DNA from: an uncultured Bacilli bacterium
GTDB lineage: Bacteria > Bacillota_I > Bacilli_A > RF39 > UBA660
NCBI GenBank assembly: GCA_934130005.1
Contig: CAKOXD010000003.1
Coordinates: 41,980 to 105,979, forward strand
Length of the DNA: 64,000 nucleotides
Direction of reading: 5' to 3'
This document shows, piece by piece, positions 39,436 through 49,270 of this stretch. The translations under genes and the position numbers were made by a program. The first letter of the stretch is position 1; each line of letters starts with the position of its first letter. The notes under the pieces were generated by a model, which was given only the letters and a program-made list of their open reading frames with translations, searched no databases and was not told the origin of the DNA.

Positions 39436-39574
39436 TTACTTATTTATTATTAATTCATTACTATCTACTGTTTCATTATTTAATTTTTCTACATTTAATG
39501 AATTAAAGTAAGATACTCCTAATACAAATACAACAAATAAAACTAAAAATTTACTTTTTAACATTTCTTTCATG
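39436..39574 (-). CDS. 45-aa single-TM peptide divergent from lexA (candidate SOS-induced division inhibitor, SosA/YneA-like)
   Basis: MKEMLKSKFLVLFVVFVLGVSYFNSLNVEKLNNETVDSNELIINK. The AAGGAG RBS is 7 nt upstream. It was not in the ORF track (<60 aa). Its promoter region contains the LexA boxes. Confidence 0.35.
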
Positions 39575-39605
39575 CTATCACTCCTTAACTTAGTTTCATT
39601 ATATT

Positions 39606-39711
39606 ACGAACAGTTGTTTGTGTCAATACTTTTTACGAAAAAATGTTTGTTTTTGTATTTTTTATAAAATACGAACAAATATTTGACAAACAAATGAATG
39701 TGTGTTAAACT
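39606..39711. promoter_or_regulatory. lexA control region: three LexA boxes (GAAC-N4-GTTT type) and lexA promoter
   Basis: CGAACAGTTGTTTG (39606..39619), CGAAAAAATGTTTG (39635..39648) and CGAACAAATATTTG (39672..39685). The third overlaps the TTGACA -35 (39683..39688), followed by a 17-nt spacer and TGtgTTAAACT (-10 at 39706..39711). Confidence 0.55.
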
Positions 39712-39738
39712 ATTATTAGTTAAAAAGGAGGTTTTATT

Positions 39739-40356
39739 TTGGTAAGTTTAACTAAAAGACAAGATGAAATTTTAAAATACATTAAAGAATATATAGTAGC
39801 TCATGGATATCCACCTACTATAAGAGAAATTGGTGCTGCACTTGGTATTTCAAGCCCTGCAACTATACATGCTCATTTAAAAAATCTTGAAAAAAAAGGT
39901 TTTATAAGAAAAAATGATTCTAAGAATAGAGCTTTAGAATTACTAGTAAAAAATGAGTTTGCAATTAATGATGAATTAACTGTTGAGGTTCCACTACTTG
40001 GAAAGATTACAGCTGGTAGTCCAATTGAAGCAATTGAACATCCTGATGAATATTTTTCATTACCATCTTATTTAATTCCTAAAAATAAAGAAGTATTTAC
40101 TTTGAATGTTAGTGGTACTAGTATGATAAATGCTGGAATATTAGATGGTGATATTGTTGTAGTTGAAAGAGCAAATACAGCTAGAAATGGTGAAATTGTA
40201 GTAGCAATGACTGATGAAAATGAAGTTACATTAAAAACATTTTATAAAGAAAAAGATCATTTTAGATTACAACCTGAAAATGATACTATGGATCCTATAA
40301 TTTTAAGTAATGTTACTATTTTAGGTAAAGCAATCGGGTTATATAGAAAAATATAA
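39739..40356 (+). CDS. lexA: LexA repressor
   Basis: 205 aa with a TTG start and an AAGGAGG RBS. The N-terminal winged HTH and the C-terminal S24 peptidase (GTSM Ser, …TLKTF Lys) are both present. Confidence 0.9.
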   Translation: MVSLTKRQDEILKYIKEYIVAHGYPPTIREIGAALGISSPATIHAHLKNLEKKGFIRKNDSKNRALELLVKNEFAINDELTVEVPLLGKITAGSPIEAIEHPDEYFSLPSYLIPKNKEVFTLNVSGTSMINAGILDGDIVVVERANTARNGEIVVAMTDENEVTLKTFYKEKDHFRLQPENDTMDPIILSNVTILGKAIGLYRKI

Positions 40357-40364
40357 AAAAGAAA

Positions 40365-41099
40365 TCATTCAGATTTCTTTTTTATATACCAATTCTTTAT
40401 TTTTTCATTATACTCTTCTTTTTTGTTATTTATTTTTTCTTTTGTTTCTTCTTGTTTTTCTTTTAAATCTTCTTTTACTTCTATATAATCATTATACTTA
40501 TCTTTTAGTGTTTCTTTTAAAAAGATATCTTTATCATATTTAAAATCATCATATTTATCTTTTATAAATTTAGATATAATACTATATTTATCCTTTATTT
40601 GTTCTTTATAATTTGGATTTTTACTTTCTATTTTTCCATCTATTTTATAATAAATATCTAATAATTTTTCTTTTGTTTCTTCTTTCAATTCTTTATATTT
40701 TATACCATTTATTTCTTCATCATACCATATAAATCCAATCATGGTTGCTACTTTATCTGTTATTCTATCTGATAATTTTTTATTATTTATACATTCATCT
40801 GTTTCTTTTTCTATATTTTCAAATTCTTTTAATATTATCTTGTCTTTTTCTACTATTTGATTTTCTTTTTTAGAACTATCTACTGATTCAATATTGTTTT
40901 CTATATTATTTTGAGATGTTTCATTATTTTCTTCTAAATTATTTTGAGAAGGTTTATTCTTTTTTTCTTCTTCTATTTTATTTTCATTTATACTGTTTTT
41001 TTTATCTATTTGTTTATTATTTATTATTAATAATATTATAATTAGGCATAAAAGAAATATTATAATAGATAAAAGTATAGTTATTTTTTTATTATTCAT
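40365..41099 (-). CDS. Membrane-anchored K/E/N-rich protein, unknown function
   Basis: 244 aa. An N-terminal TM followed by a low-complexity charged region. Confidence 0.4.
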   Translation of the reverse strand: MNNKKITILLSIIIFLLCLIIILLIINNKQIDKKNSINENKIEEEKKNKPSQNNLEENNETSQNNIENNIESVDSSKKENQIVEKDKIILKEFENIEKETDECINNKKLSDRITDKVATMIGFIWYDEEINGIKYKELKEETKEKLLDIYYKIDGKIESKNPNYKEQIKDKYSIISKFIKDKYDDFKYDKDIFLKETLKDKYNDYIEVKEDLKEKQEETKEKINNKKEEYNEKIKNWYIKKKSE

Positions 41100-41712
41100 T
41101 TATATTACCTCTTTTTGAATATATGCATCCACAATAGTTTTGTCTGTATAATTTATATATTTTTGATAATTCTATTGATCTTTTATAACCATTTTTCTTT
41201 TTAAAGTCAGCATATAAATATTTTATATTATATTCCTTTTCTAAATCTTCACCTATTTCATTTAGCTTAGCTGCATTTTTATATGGACTTATTGATAATG
41301 TGGTTGTAAAGTAATCATAGTTTAATTTTTTAGCTAGTTTAGCTGTTTCTTCCATTCTAAGTCTATAACATTTAAAGCAACGATTTCCGCCTTCTTTTTC
41401 GTTTTCAAGTCCTTTTATAGTTTCTTCGTATTTATCATTTTCATATTTTCCTTCTATTATATCAATTTTGTTTACAGTATCCATTTCATTAATAAGTCGT
41501 ACTTGTTCTTTTAGTCTTTTTTCAAATTCTTCTTTTATTGATATATTTGGATTATAATAAAATACTGTTATTTTAAAATATTTAGATAAATATTCTAAAA
41601 CATAACTACTACAAGGTGCACAACAACTATGAAGTAATAGTTTTTTAGGTTCTTTTATTTCATTTAATATTTCTTCTAATTTTTTTTGATAGTCAATTTT
41701 CAAAATAATCAC
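41092..41712 (-). CDS. queH: Epoxyqueuosine reductase QueH (DUF208)
   Basis: 206 aa with the LLHSCCAPCS signature and downstream CFKC / CGC cysteines. Confidence 0.8.
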   Translation of the reverse strand: MIILKIDYQKKLEEILNEIKEPKKLLLHSCCAPCSSYVLEYLSKYFKITVFYYNPNISIKEEFEKRLKEQVRLINEMDTVNKIDIIEGKYENDKYEETIKGLENEKEGGNRCFKCYRLRMEETAKLAKKLNYDYFTTTLSISPYKNAAKLNEIGEDLEKEYNIKYLYADFKKKNGYKRSIELSKIYKLYRQNYCGCIYSKRGNINE

Positions 41713-42636
41713 CTACTTATTATCTACAAACAATTTTTTTATATTTTTTTTAGGTAATAAAATATTTATATTTCTAACTATTTCTATTACAAATTTATTT
41801 GTATTATCATTAAATTTTTCACCATCTAAACTCCAATTAATATTATCTATATCATTAAATGTTATTTCAAATTTATCTGTTTTGTAAAAATTAAATCCTG
41901 GTGCTTTTGTTATATCACTTGTTTTCAAATAATATAATCCTTTTGCTATATCTCTTTTTGCAATTGTATCACATACTAAAACTTCAAATGTATTATCATC
42001 TAGTTTTATATCTTTATAGAAATTTTGTATTCCTGCTATTCTATTGGCATTTGATATCAATATAAATGATGATGGTACTTCTACTTTTTTTTCATTTACT
42101 TTATATGTTATGTTGTATAGTTTTGATGGTCCATTAAATTCTTTTAATCCTTTTATTAAATACGCAAAGTATCCATATTTCTTTTTTAAATTTCTAGGTG
42201 TATCATATGAGACATTAACAAAATTACCTGCTCCTGCTGAATATATAAATGGCTTATTATTTATAGTACAAACGTCTATTTTTTTTACAGTTCCTTCTAA
42301 TAATAGTCTTAAATTTCTAACTAAATTTTTACCATATCCATACATTGCTCCGACATCATTTGTTGTTCCTACTGGAATATGCGCTAATAAAAGTTTTTCT
42401 TTTCTTTCAAAATTTCCAGTCATACTTTCATTAAATGTTCCATCTCCACCTATAGAAATTACTAAATCAACTTTTTCTAAGTTTTTTACAATATCTATAG
42501 CATGTCCTTTATATTCAGATTTCATTATATTACTTTCATAACCATAAATTAGTAAAATTTCTTTTACTTTTTTTAATATTTTTTCATGTATGCCTCTACC
42601 ACTATTTGGATTATATATAACTATACATTTTTTCAT
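41713..42636 (-). CDS. Diacylglycerol kinase-family lipid kinase (DagK/YegS-like)
   Basis: 307 aa with N-terminal IYNPNSGRG and a GGDGT motif. Confidence 0.8.
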   Translation of the reverse strand: MKKCIVIYNPNSGRGIHEKILKKVKEILLIYGYESNIMKSEYKGHAIDIVKNLEKVDLVISIGGDGTFNESMTGNFERKEKLLLAHIPVGTTNDVGAMYGYGKNLVRNLRLLLEGTVKKIDVCTINNKPFIYSAGAGNFVNVSYDTPRNLKKKYGYFAYLIKGLKEFNGPSKLYNITYKVNEKKVEVPSSFILISNANRIAGIQNFYKDIKLDDNTFEVLVCDTIAKRDIAKGLYYLKTSDITKAPGFNFYKTDKFEITFNDIDNINWSLDGEKFNDNTNKFVIEIVRNINILLPKKNIKKLFVDNK

Positions 42637-42702
42637 AAAGTCACCTCAGATACTTATATTATACATATTTTATATTTTTTTTCAAGTAAAAAGAAGAATA
42701 GT

Positions 42703-43311
42703 CTATTCTTCTTCATATACTGCTTCTATTACTTTTGTATCATTTTTGCCTTTTGTTACATTTGTAAATTCTTTTACTGTTTTCTTTAATGTATAACATT
42801 CTATTAAATCTAATATAGAATATATAATTACTGATATTCCTATTACTTTTGTTAAAAGGATAGCTCCTTTAAATGGATTAAATATTAATATAAGTCCACA
42901 TACTAATATAACAAGGGATATTATTATTGATATAGTTGCACTGCTTACTTTATTTATTGTTAATGAATAATATAACTTAGTAACTCCATTTATTACCATC
43001 CATATTCCTATTAATAAAGGTATTATACTTCCTATTATATCTGGGTTTATCATTATAATAATTCCAAATATTAAAGCAAATACTCCTAATATAAAACTAA
43101 ACTCTAAATAATTTTTATTTTCTTTATTTGAGAAAAATCCTATTATTGGTATTAATCCCCATATAATTAAAGCAATTCCTATAAAGTAAGATATAGCATG
43201 TAATGTAGTTTCTGGTTTTATTAAAAGGAAAAGACCTACTAATATTAAAACTACTGAAAATATAATTGAAGTTCTATACATACTTTTAAATTTATTTTTT
43301 ATAAATTCCAT
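42703..43311 (-). CDS. HdeD/DUF308-like small multi-TM membrane protein
   Basis: 202 aa with 6 short TM helices in paired repeats. Confidence 0.5.
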   Translation of the reverse strand: MEFIKNKFKSMYRTSIIFSVVLILVGLFLLIKPETTLHAISYFIGIALIIWGLIPIIGFFSNKENKNYLEFSFILGVFALIFGIIIMINPDIIGSIIPLLIGIWMVINGVTKLYYSLTINKVSSATISIIISLVILVCGLILIFNPFKGAILLTKVIGISVIIYSILDLIECYTLKKTVKEFTNVTKGKNDTKVIEAVYEEE

Positions 43312-43350
43312 TTTGTTCCTCCTTATTTTTACATTTATATAATAGCATAA

Positions 43351-45234
43351 TTATATTTTTTTTTCAAATCTATTAATTCTAAATGAGTTTAAAACTGTAA
43401 ATATTGTTACTCCAACGTCTGCTAGTACAGCCATCCACATATTAGTTATTCCAAATAATCCTAATATCATAACTAATATTTTTATTCCTATAGCAAATAT
43501 TATATTAAATAAAATCATTCTGTTTGTTTTATTTGATATATCTATTACATTTACTATTTCATTTAAATTATCATTAAAAATTACCATATCACTTGCTTCT
43601 ACTGCTATTTCACTACCTAAATTCCCCATTGATATACCAACATCTGATTCCATTAATACTAATGCATCATTTATTCCATCACCAACAAAAATTGTTTTTT
43701 CTGTTGTTTCTATTTCTTTCAGTATTTCAAATTTGTCATTTGGAAGTAAATTAGCGTAACACTCATCCATTTTTAATTTATTACCTACTTTTTTTACTGT
43801 TTCTATATTATCTCCTGATAACATTAAAACTCTTTTTATTCCAATTTGTTTTAATTTTTCTACAATACTTATACTTTCTTCTTTTATTTCATCTGAAATT
43901 ACTATTGTACCTATATATTCATTATTTAAAGAAACAAGAACTGTTGTACCTATAAATTCTATTTTAGGATATTTTATTTGTTTTTCTTCGAATAAAGTTG
44001 AATTTCCTACTAGAATTAAGTCATCATTTACTTTTAAACTAATTCCTTTTCCGCTTATTTCTTTATAGTCAGATATTAGTTTTTCATCTATTTTTTCTTT
44101 ATATTCATTTTTTATAGCGCATGCGATTGGATGATTTGAATTATATTCAGCATATGCTGCATATTTAAGTACTTCTTCTTCTTTTTTATATAATGGAACT
44201 ATTTTGGTTATTTTAAAATTTCCTTTTGTTAATGTACCTGTTTTATCAAATAGAATAGTTTTTATTTTTGGTAATTTATCTATTACATCGGCACTTTTTA
44301 TTATTACACCATTCTTACTACATAGTGATATAGCAAGAAAATAACAAAGTGGAACTGATATTACTAGTGCACATGGACATGATGTTACTAAGAATAATAG
44401 TGATTTATATATCCATATATTCATATCTTGTTTTAATATAAGTGGAATTATAAATAATAAGAATGATATCAATACTACTATTGGTGTATATATCTTAGCA
44501 AATCTAGTAATAAATCTTTCATATTTTGCTTTATTTTCACATGAATTTAATATTAAATTTAAAATGATAGTTGATGTACTATTTTCTAGTGTTTTCAATA
44601 CCTTTATTTCTAATACACTATCTAAGTTTATCATACCACTTAATACTTCATCATTTTCTTTTACTACTTTTGGTTTTGATTCTCCTGTTATACTTTTGGT
44701 ATCAATATTTCCTTTTCCTTTTAATATTATTCCATCTAATGGTATTTTAACTCCAGGTTTTACAACAATTATGTCCCCTATTTTTACTTCTTTTGTTTCT
44801 ACTTTTTCTACTTTATTATTTTTCTTTACTAATACATATTCACTTTGTAAATCTAATAAATCAGTTATATTTTTTTTAGATTTATCAGTTGCAAGATCAC
44901 TTAAGTATTCACCTATTTGATAAAATAGCATAACTGCTACTGCTTCTTTAGTTTCTTTTATTAATATAGCTCCTATGGTCGCTATTAACATTAGTAAATT
45001 TTCATCAAATATTTCTTTTTCTTTTAAGTTATTATAAACATTTATAACGACATCATAACTTAAAAATATATAAGTTATATATAATAAAATATCATTTTTT
45101 ATAAAAAAACACACTACATAAATTATAGAGCATATAATTAATCTTAATAATTCTTTATTTTTCACATTATCACCATTATTATTATACATTATATTTAAAA
45201 ATAAATAAACAAAAAAATATGAATTTTTCTTCAT
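43351..45234 (-). CDS. P1B-type heavy-metal translocating ATPase (no N-terminal HMA domain)
   Basis: 627 aa with the CPC motif (SCPCALV), DKTGTLT and GDGINDA. Confidence 0.85.
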   Translation of the reverse strand: MKKNSYFFVYLFLNIMYNNNGDNVKNKELLRLIICSIIYVVCFFIKNDILLYITYIFLSYDVVINVYNNLKEKEIFDENLLMLIATIGAILIKETKEAVAVMLFYQIGEYLSDLATDKSKKNITDLLDLQSEYVLVKKNNKVEKVETKEVKIGDIIVVKPGVKIPLDGIILKGKGNIDTKSITGESKPKVVKENDEVLSGMINLDSVLEIKVLKTLENSTSTIILNLILNSCENKAKYERFITRFAKIYTPIVVLISFLLFIIPLILKQDMNIWIYKSLLFLVTSCPCALVISVPLCYFLAISLCSKNGVIIKSADVIDKLPKIKTILFDKTGTLTKGNFKITKIVPLYKKEEEVLKYAAYAEYNSNHPIACAIKNEYKEKIDEKLISDYKEISGKGISLKVNDDLILVGNSTLFEEKQIKYPKIEFIGTTVLVSLNNEYIGTIVISDEIKEESISIVEKLKQIGIKRVLMLSGDNIETVKKVGNKLKMDECYANLLPNDKFEILKEIETTEKTIFVGDGINDALVLMESDVGISMGNLGSEIAVEASDMVIFNDNLNEIVNVIDISNKTNRMILFNIIFAIGIKILVMILGLFGITNMWMAVLADVGVTIFTVLNSFRINRFEKKI

Positions 45235-45240
45235 ATTTTT

Positions 45241-45900
45241 TTAACAAGATTCATCACACATATCATTATAAACTTTGTGAATGTTGTCTTTATATATATT
45301 TAATAATTCTTTTTCTTGTTCTTCTGTTAATTTAACATAAGGATCTTTTTGACTTTCTACTGTTGATTCTTGAGTTGCTACTACTTTACCATTTTCTACA
45401 AATACAACAAGTGGAACATATATTCTTTTTATACCTTCATCATTTAAATCTTTATATACAGATGCTTTATCACCTAAAGCTTCTAGTATTTTTTTATATC
45501 CTTCAGTTCCCTCTTCTACTGTTACTACTTTTCCATCCTTTAATTCCTTTTTATCCCTTATATCATGCATATTTAAATAATATATGTCATTTACTCCAGT
45601 TTGTTTTGCTGCTTCTAATAAAACTGGTACAGCATTACGACACCAAGGACATTCTGGATATCCTAAATAAATTATTCCTGTTTTATTTTTTATTATATCT
45701 ACTATTTCTTCTGCTGTTTTATATTTTATAGGATTTTTTTTATCTATAGTAAGTTCTAAATATTTTTTATCATTAACTACTTGATTATTAAGTCTTTCGT
45801 ATTCTTCTTTAAATTTAACTGCGTCTGTTTTTTCTTTATTTTGACATCCCGTTAATATGAAAGCTGATATTAACATTAAACTTATTATTATTTTTTTCAT
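45241..45900 (-). CDS. Thioredoxin-fold lipoprotein (CPWC active site)
   Basis: 219 aa with an LTGCQ lipobox and a YPECPWCRNA redox motif. It is adjacent to the metal ATPase. Confidence 0.7.
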   Translation of the reverse strand: MKKIIISLMLISAFILTGCQNKEKTDAVKFKEEYERLNNQVVNDKKYLELTIDKKNPIKYKTAEEIVDIIKNKTGIIYLGYPECPWCRNAVPVLLEAAKQTGVNDIYYLNMHDIRDKKELKDGKVVTVEEGTEGYKKILEALGDKASVYKDLNDEGIKRIYVPLVVFVENGKVVATQESTVESQKDPYVKLTEEQEKELLNIYKDNIHKVYNDMCDESC

Positions 45901-46574
45901 TTTTTTATCTTCCTTTCTTCTTCTGTTTTTATAATTTTAGAAAATACTTTGCTTGCTAATTCTTCATCATCTAAAATAGATGCTTTTAATAATTGCTTTT
46001 TTGTTTTTTTACTTAAATTATAATCTAAATAATAATTTGTTTTTAATATTTTATTTATAACAATTACATATTCTCTTAAGAATTCTCTTAAAGTTCTTCC
46101 GTTTCCTTCTCTAAATGGATGTATCATGTTTAAGTCTAAATAATATTTTCCTAAGTATGCCCCAAGAGTTTCTTTATCTTTTATCTTTACAACATTTTGT
46201 TTCATTTCTTCTAAAGTATATTTTAAATTTCTAACTATAAATGGTATTTCACAAAATGGTGTTTTACCAGATTTATATGGTTCATTTGATTTATAAATAT
46301 TTTCATCTCTTATAGTTCCAGCAAATGGATATAAATCACCAAATAAATATTCATGAATACTAAGATAATGATATATATCAAATGTTTGTTTATATGGTAT
46401 GTCATTTAAATATAGTTTTGATAGTTTAAATGCTGTTATACCATTTTCTATTTCTATTAATCTATCATGATTTTTGATATTTTTTTTATTTATTAATGTT
46501 TTAGTATTTTGATAACAATATTTAGATTGTTCTAATTCATTACTTAGTTCTTCCATGTTTATTTTCCTCTTCAC
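45897..46574 (-). CDS. Fic/Doc family protein
   Basis: 225 aa. HPFREGNGRTLR matches the Fic motif HxFx(D/E)GNGRxxR. Confidence 0.8.
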   Translation of the reverse strand: MKRKINMEELSNELEQSKYCYQNTKTLINKKNIKNHDRLIEIENGITAFKLSKLYLNDIPYKQTFDIYHYLSIHEYLFGDLYPFAGTIRDENIYKSNEPYKSGKTPFCEIPFIVRNLKYTLEEMKQNVVKIKDKETLGAYLGKYYLDLNMIHPFREGNGRTLREFLREYVIVINKILKTNYYLDYNLSKKTKKQLLKASILDDEELASKVFSKIIKTEEERKIKK

Positions 46575-46725
46575 TTATTCTTAGAAGTTCTTCTATTAGA
46601 CTTTTATCATTACTTAAATTTTTTAATTTTTCTTTTATGGTTTTTTTCTGTTCTTTAGTAATTTTTAAATTATCTATATCTAAACTTGCTACTGCTTGAT
46701 CTAATGCATTTTCTATTTTTTTCAT
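46540..46725 (-). CDS. Small helical protein upstream of and overlapping fic (candidate antitoxin/partner)
   Basis: 61 aa. Its overlap with the Fic ORF gives the yhfG-fic-like arrangement. Confidence 0.4.
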   Translation of the reverse strand: MKKIENALDQAVASLDIDNLKITKEQKKTIKEKLKNLSNDKSLIEELLRISEEENKHGRTK

Positions 46726-47966
46726 GAATCCTCCTTTATTATTTTAGTAATACAATAATTACTAAAGTCTAATTCATTTATTTTTTTAGAATATTCTTCA
46801 AATGTTAATTTTTCTATATCTTTTATTTTATCCATTTTATAATAATCATATTCTATTATATTTTCAATAAATGGTTCTAACATACTAAATAGGCTATCTT
46901 CTCTTAATATTAATCTTATTATTGATTGTTTTTGTTTTATTAAAAACATTTCTTTATCTACTTTTCTTTTATTAATTTCTTCATTTATATATTTTATAAA
47001 TTCTTTATCTTTATTTGTATAGTTTCCTACTTTAATTATTAAGAATTTATCAATTATATCAAAATTATAATTAATATTATAAGAACAAATATTATTTTTT
47101 ACTAATTCACTATATAGTTTTGATGTAGGACCAAATATTGTATCTAGAAAATATGATATATATGACATCAAATTTAGTAGTTTTATCTTTTTATATTTTT
47201 CTATATTTATTTTATAATTTATTGATACATAATCCATATTGACATCTTTTTTTATAAAACTATAATTTTTTACTATTTTATTTTCTTCTTTTATTTTTTC
47301 TATTTGATAGTCAATATTTGGCTTATTTAGTTTTTTATATGTTTTTTCTATTAATTCTTCTACTTTTTCTATATTGAAATTTCCAGATATTATAAGTATT
47401 TGATTTTTAGGTTGATAAAATGTTTCATAACATTTTTTTATTTCTTCATAGCTTATTTTTTCTATATCTTTTACCTCTCCTAATATATTAGGATATTTTA
47501 TATTTTTAAACAAACATTCATAATTTATTTTATCTAATTCTGCAAAGTAATTATCTTTACTCATCATTTTTTCTTTTATTATTGCTTTTCTTGTTTCTTC
47601 TATATCTTCTTTTTTAAAACATGGATTATTTACAATATTTATTAATTTTTCTATTTCTTTTAAATAATCATTAACTATATTTACATAAAATTCTGTTGTA
47701 TCTTTTGTTGTGAAGCCATTTGATATTGTATTGTTCTTTTCAAATTCTGTCATACTATTACCATAGATACTATGTTCTATAAGTAGATGCTCTATAAAGT
47801 GAGCTGTTCCATTTTTTATAGTGTATTCTTGGTCACTATAAAATTTTTTATTATTACCACCAAATTTTACAAATAAATTAGCCATTACAATATGTTTTGT
47901 TTTGTCTTGATAAAATACTACTTTTAATCCGTTTTCTAATGTATATATTTTATTCATTAAACTCAC
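46722..47966 (-). CDS. M16 family zinc peptidase, catalytic subunit (HxxEH)
   Basis: 414 aa with the GTAHFIEHLLIEH inverted zinc-binding motif. Confidence 0.75.
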   Translation of the reverse strand: MSLMNKIYTLENGLKVVFYQDKTKHIVMANLFVKFGGNNKKFYSDQEYTIKNGTAHFIEHLLIEHSIYGNSMTEFEKNNTISNGFTTKDTTEFYVNIVNDYLKEIEKLINIVNNPCFKKEDIEETRKAIIKEKMMSKDNYFAELDKINYECLFKNIKYPNILGEVKDIEKISYEEIKKCYETFYQPKNQILIISGNFNIEKVEELIEKTYKKLNKPNIDYQIEKIKEENKIVKNYSFIKKDVNMDYVSINYKINIEKYKKIKLLNLMSYISYFLDTIFGPTSKLYSELVKNNICSYNINYNFDIIDKFLIIKVGNYTNKDKEFIKYINEEINKRKVDKEMFLIKQKQSIIRLILREDSLFSMLEPFIENIIEYDYYKMDKIKDIEKLTFEEYSKKINELDFSNYCITKIIKEDS

Positions 47967-49197
47967 CTCTTAAAAAATATATTGTGTCCATAGTTAATCT
48001 ATTTAAAAACTCTAGTAATTTATCTAAATCAATGTTTTTATATTTTTCCATTAGTTCTTCATCTGTATATCTTGTTTTTAATTTATGTGCAATAAAATCA
48101 TTAAACTTTTTTACTCTACTGTCTTTATTTCTTATTAATTTGAATTTCATATATTCTAATCTTTTATTTATATATTCTTCTAGCAATTCTTTATTTTTTA
48201 ATTTTTTTAAAATGTTTTCTATACCTTCTATTACTTTATCTTTTGATTTATTATTTATATATGATTCTATCACTAATAAGCCTTCTTTACAGTACCATAC
48301 ATCTGATGAATAAATTAATCCAAGATTATTTCTTAATTCTTTGAATACTAAATTATTAGGGCTTGTACTTAGTATATCCTTTATAATTTTCAAATATATT
48401 TGATCCGACTTTTTCATATTTTTTATTTTATATGCAACATATAAAAATGATTGGTTATATTTTGATTTTTCTTCTATATCTTTTTTTGCTTTAAATGGTA
48501 TTAAATAATTAGTATTATATTTATTAATTATTATTTCTTTGTTTTCTATTTTTATATATTTTTTTACTATCTCTTCTATTTTATTATCTACATTGCCATA
48601 AATCATTATTATTGGTTTATTATTTAATATATATTTTTTATATTTTTTATATACTTCTTCACTATTTGATTTTTCTATCAAATCCATATTATTATATATA
48701 TTTTCTTTTAATATACCATTATCATCTACTATATTTATAAATTTTTGATGTGCTAGTGTATGAATGTTTTTTAATGAGTTTTGTATATCTTCTTTTAAGT
48801 ATTCTTTTTCTCTTTCAAAACATTCTAAATTAAATTTATTATTTTTTATATTAGGTTTATATATTGTATTTATAAAAAATTTGAACGCTGCTTCAAAATC
48901 ATAATTTTTTACTTTTTTAGGATCTGGCACTAATAATCCAAAACTTAGAAAAGTATTTTTATTATGTGTTGATATTTTTAAAGTTTGACTTATAATCATA
49001 TTCTCTTTATATGCTTTTCTATATTTTTCTTCTGTTTCATATTCTTCAGATGTATTAAGTAAAAGTTGTCTTATCATATGAAAGTCAAATAAGTTATTTT
49101 TATCATATTCACATGGAAATATTAATAACAGTTCTATTGTACTATATTTTTTTTGTTTTATTATGTATGGTGTATCTTTAAACTTCAATTCTTGCAT
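47950..49197 (-). CDS. M16 family peptidase-like protein, non-catalytic partner
   Basis: 415 aa with an M16-like length and layout but no HxxEH. It overlaps the downstream catalytic subunit. Confidence 0.6.
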   Translation of the reverse strand: MQELKFKDTPYIIKQKKYSTIELLLIFPCEYDKNNLFDFHMIRQLLLNTSEEYETEEKYRKAYKENMIISQTLKISTHNKNTFLSFGLLVPDPKKVKNYDFEAAFKFFINTIYKPNIKNNKFNLECFEREKEYLKEDIQNSLKNIHTLAHQKFINIVDDNGILKENIYNNMDLIEKSNSEEVYKKYKKYILNNKPIIMIYGNVDNKIEEIVKKYIKIENKEIIINKYNTNYLIPFKAKKDIEEKSKYNQSFLYVAYKIKNMKKSDQIYLKIIKDILSTSPNNLVFKELRNNLGLIYSSDVWYCKEGLLVIESYINNKSKDKVIEGIENILKKLKNKELLEEYINKRLEYMKFKLIRNKDSRVKKFNDFIAHKLKTRYTDEELMEKYKNIDLDKLLEFLNRLTMDTIYFLRGEFNE

Positions 49198-49270
49198 AAC
49201 ACTACTCCTTTGATTTATTATAACATAAAAATAGATAATTTTTTTAATTATCTATTATATTAAGTTCACT

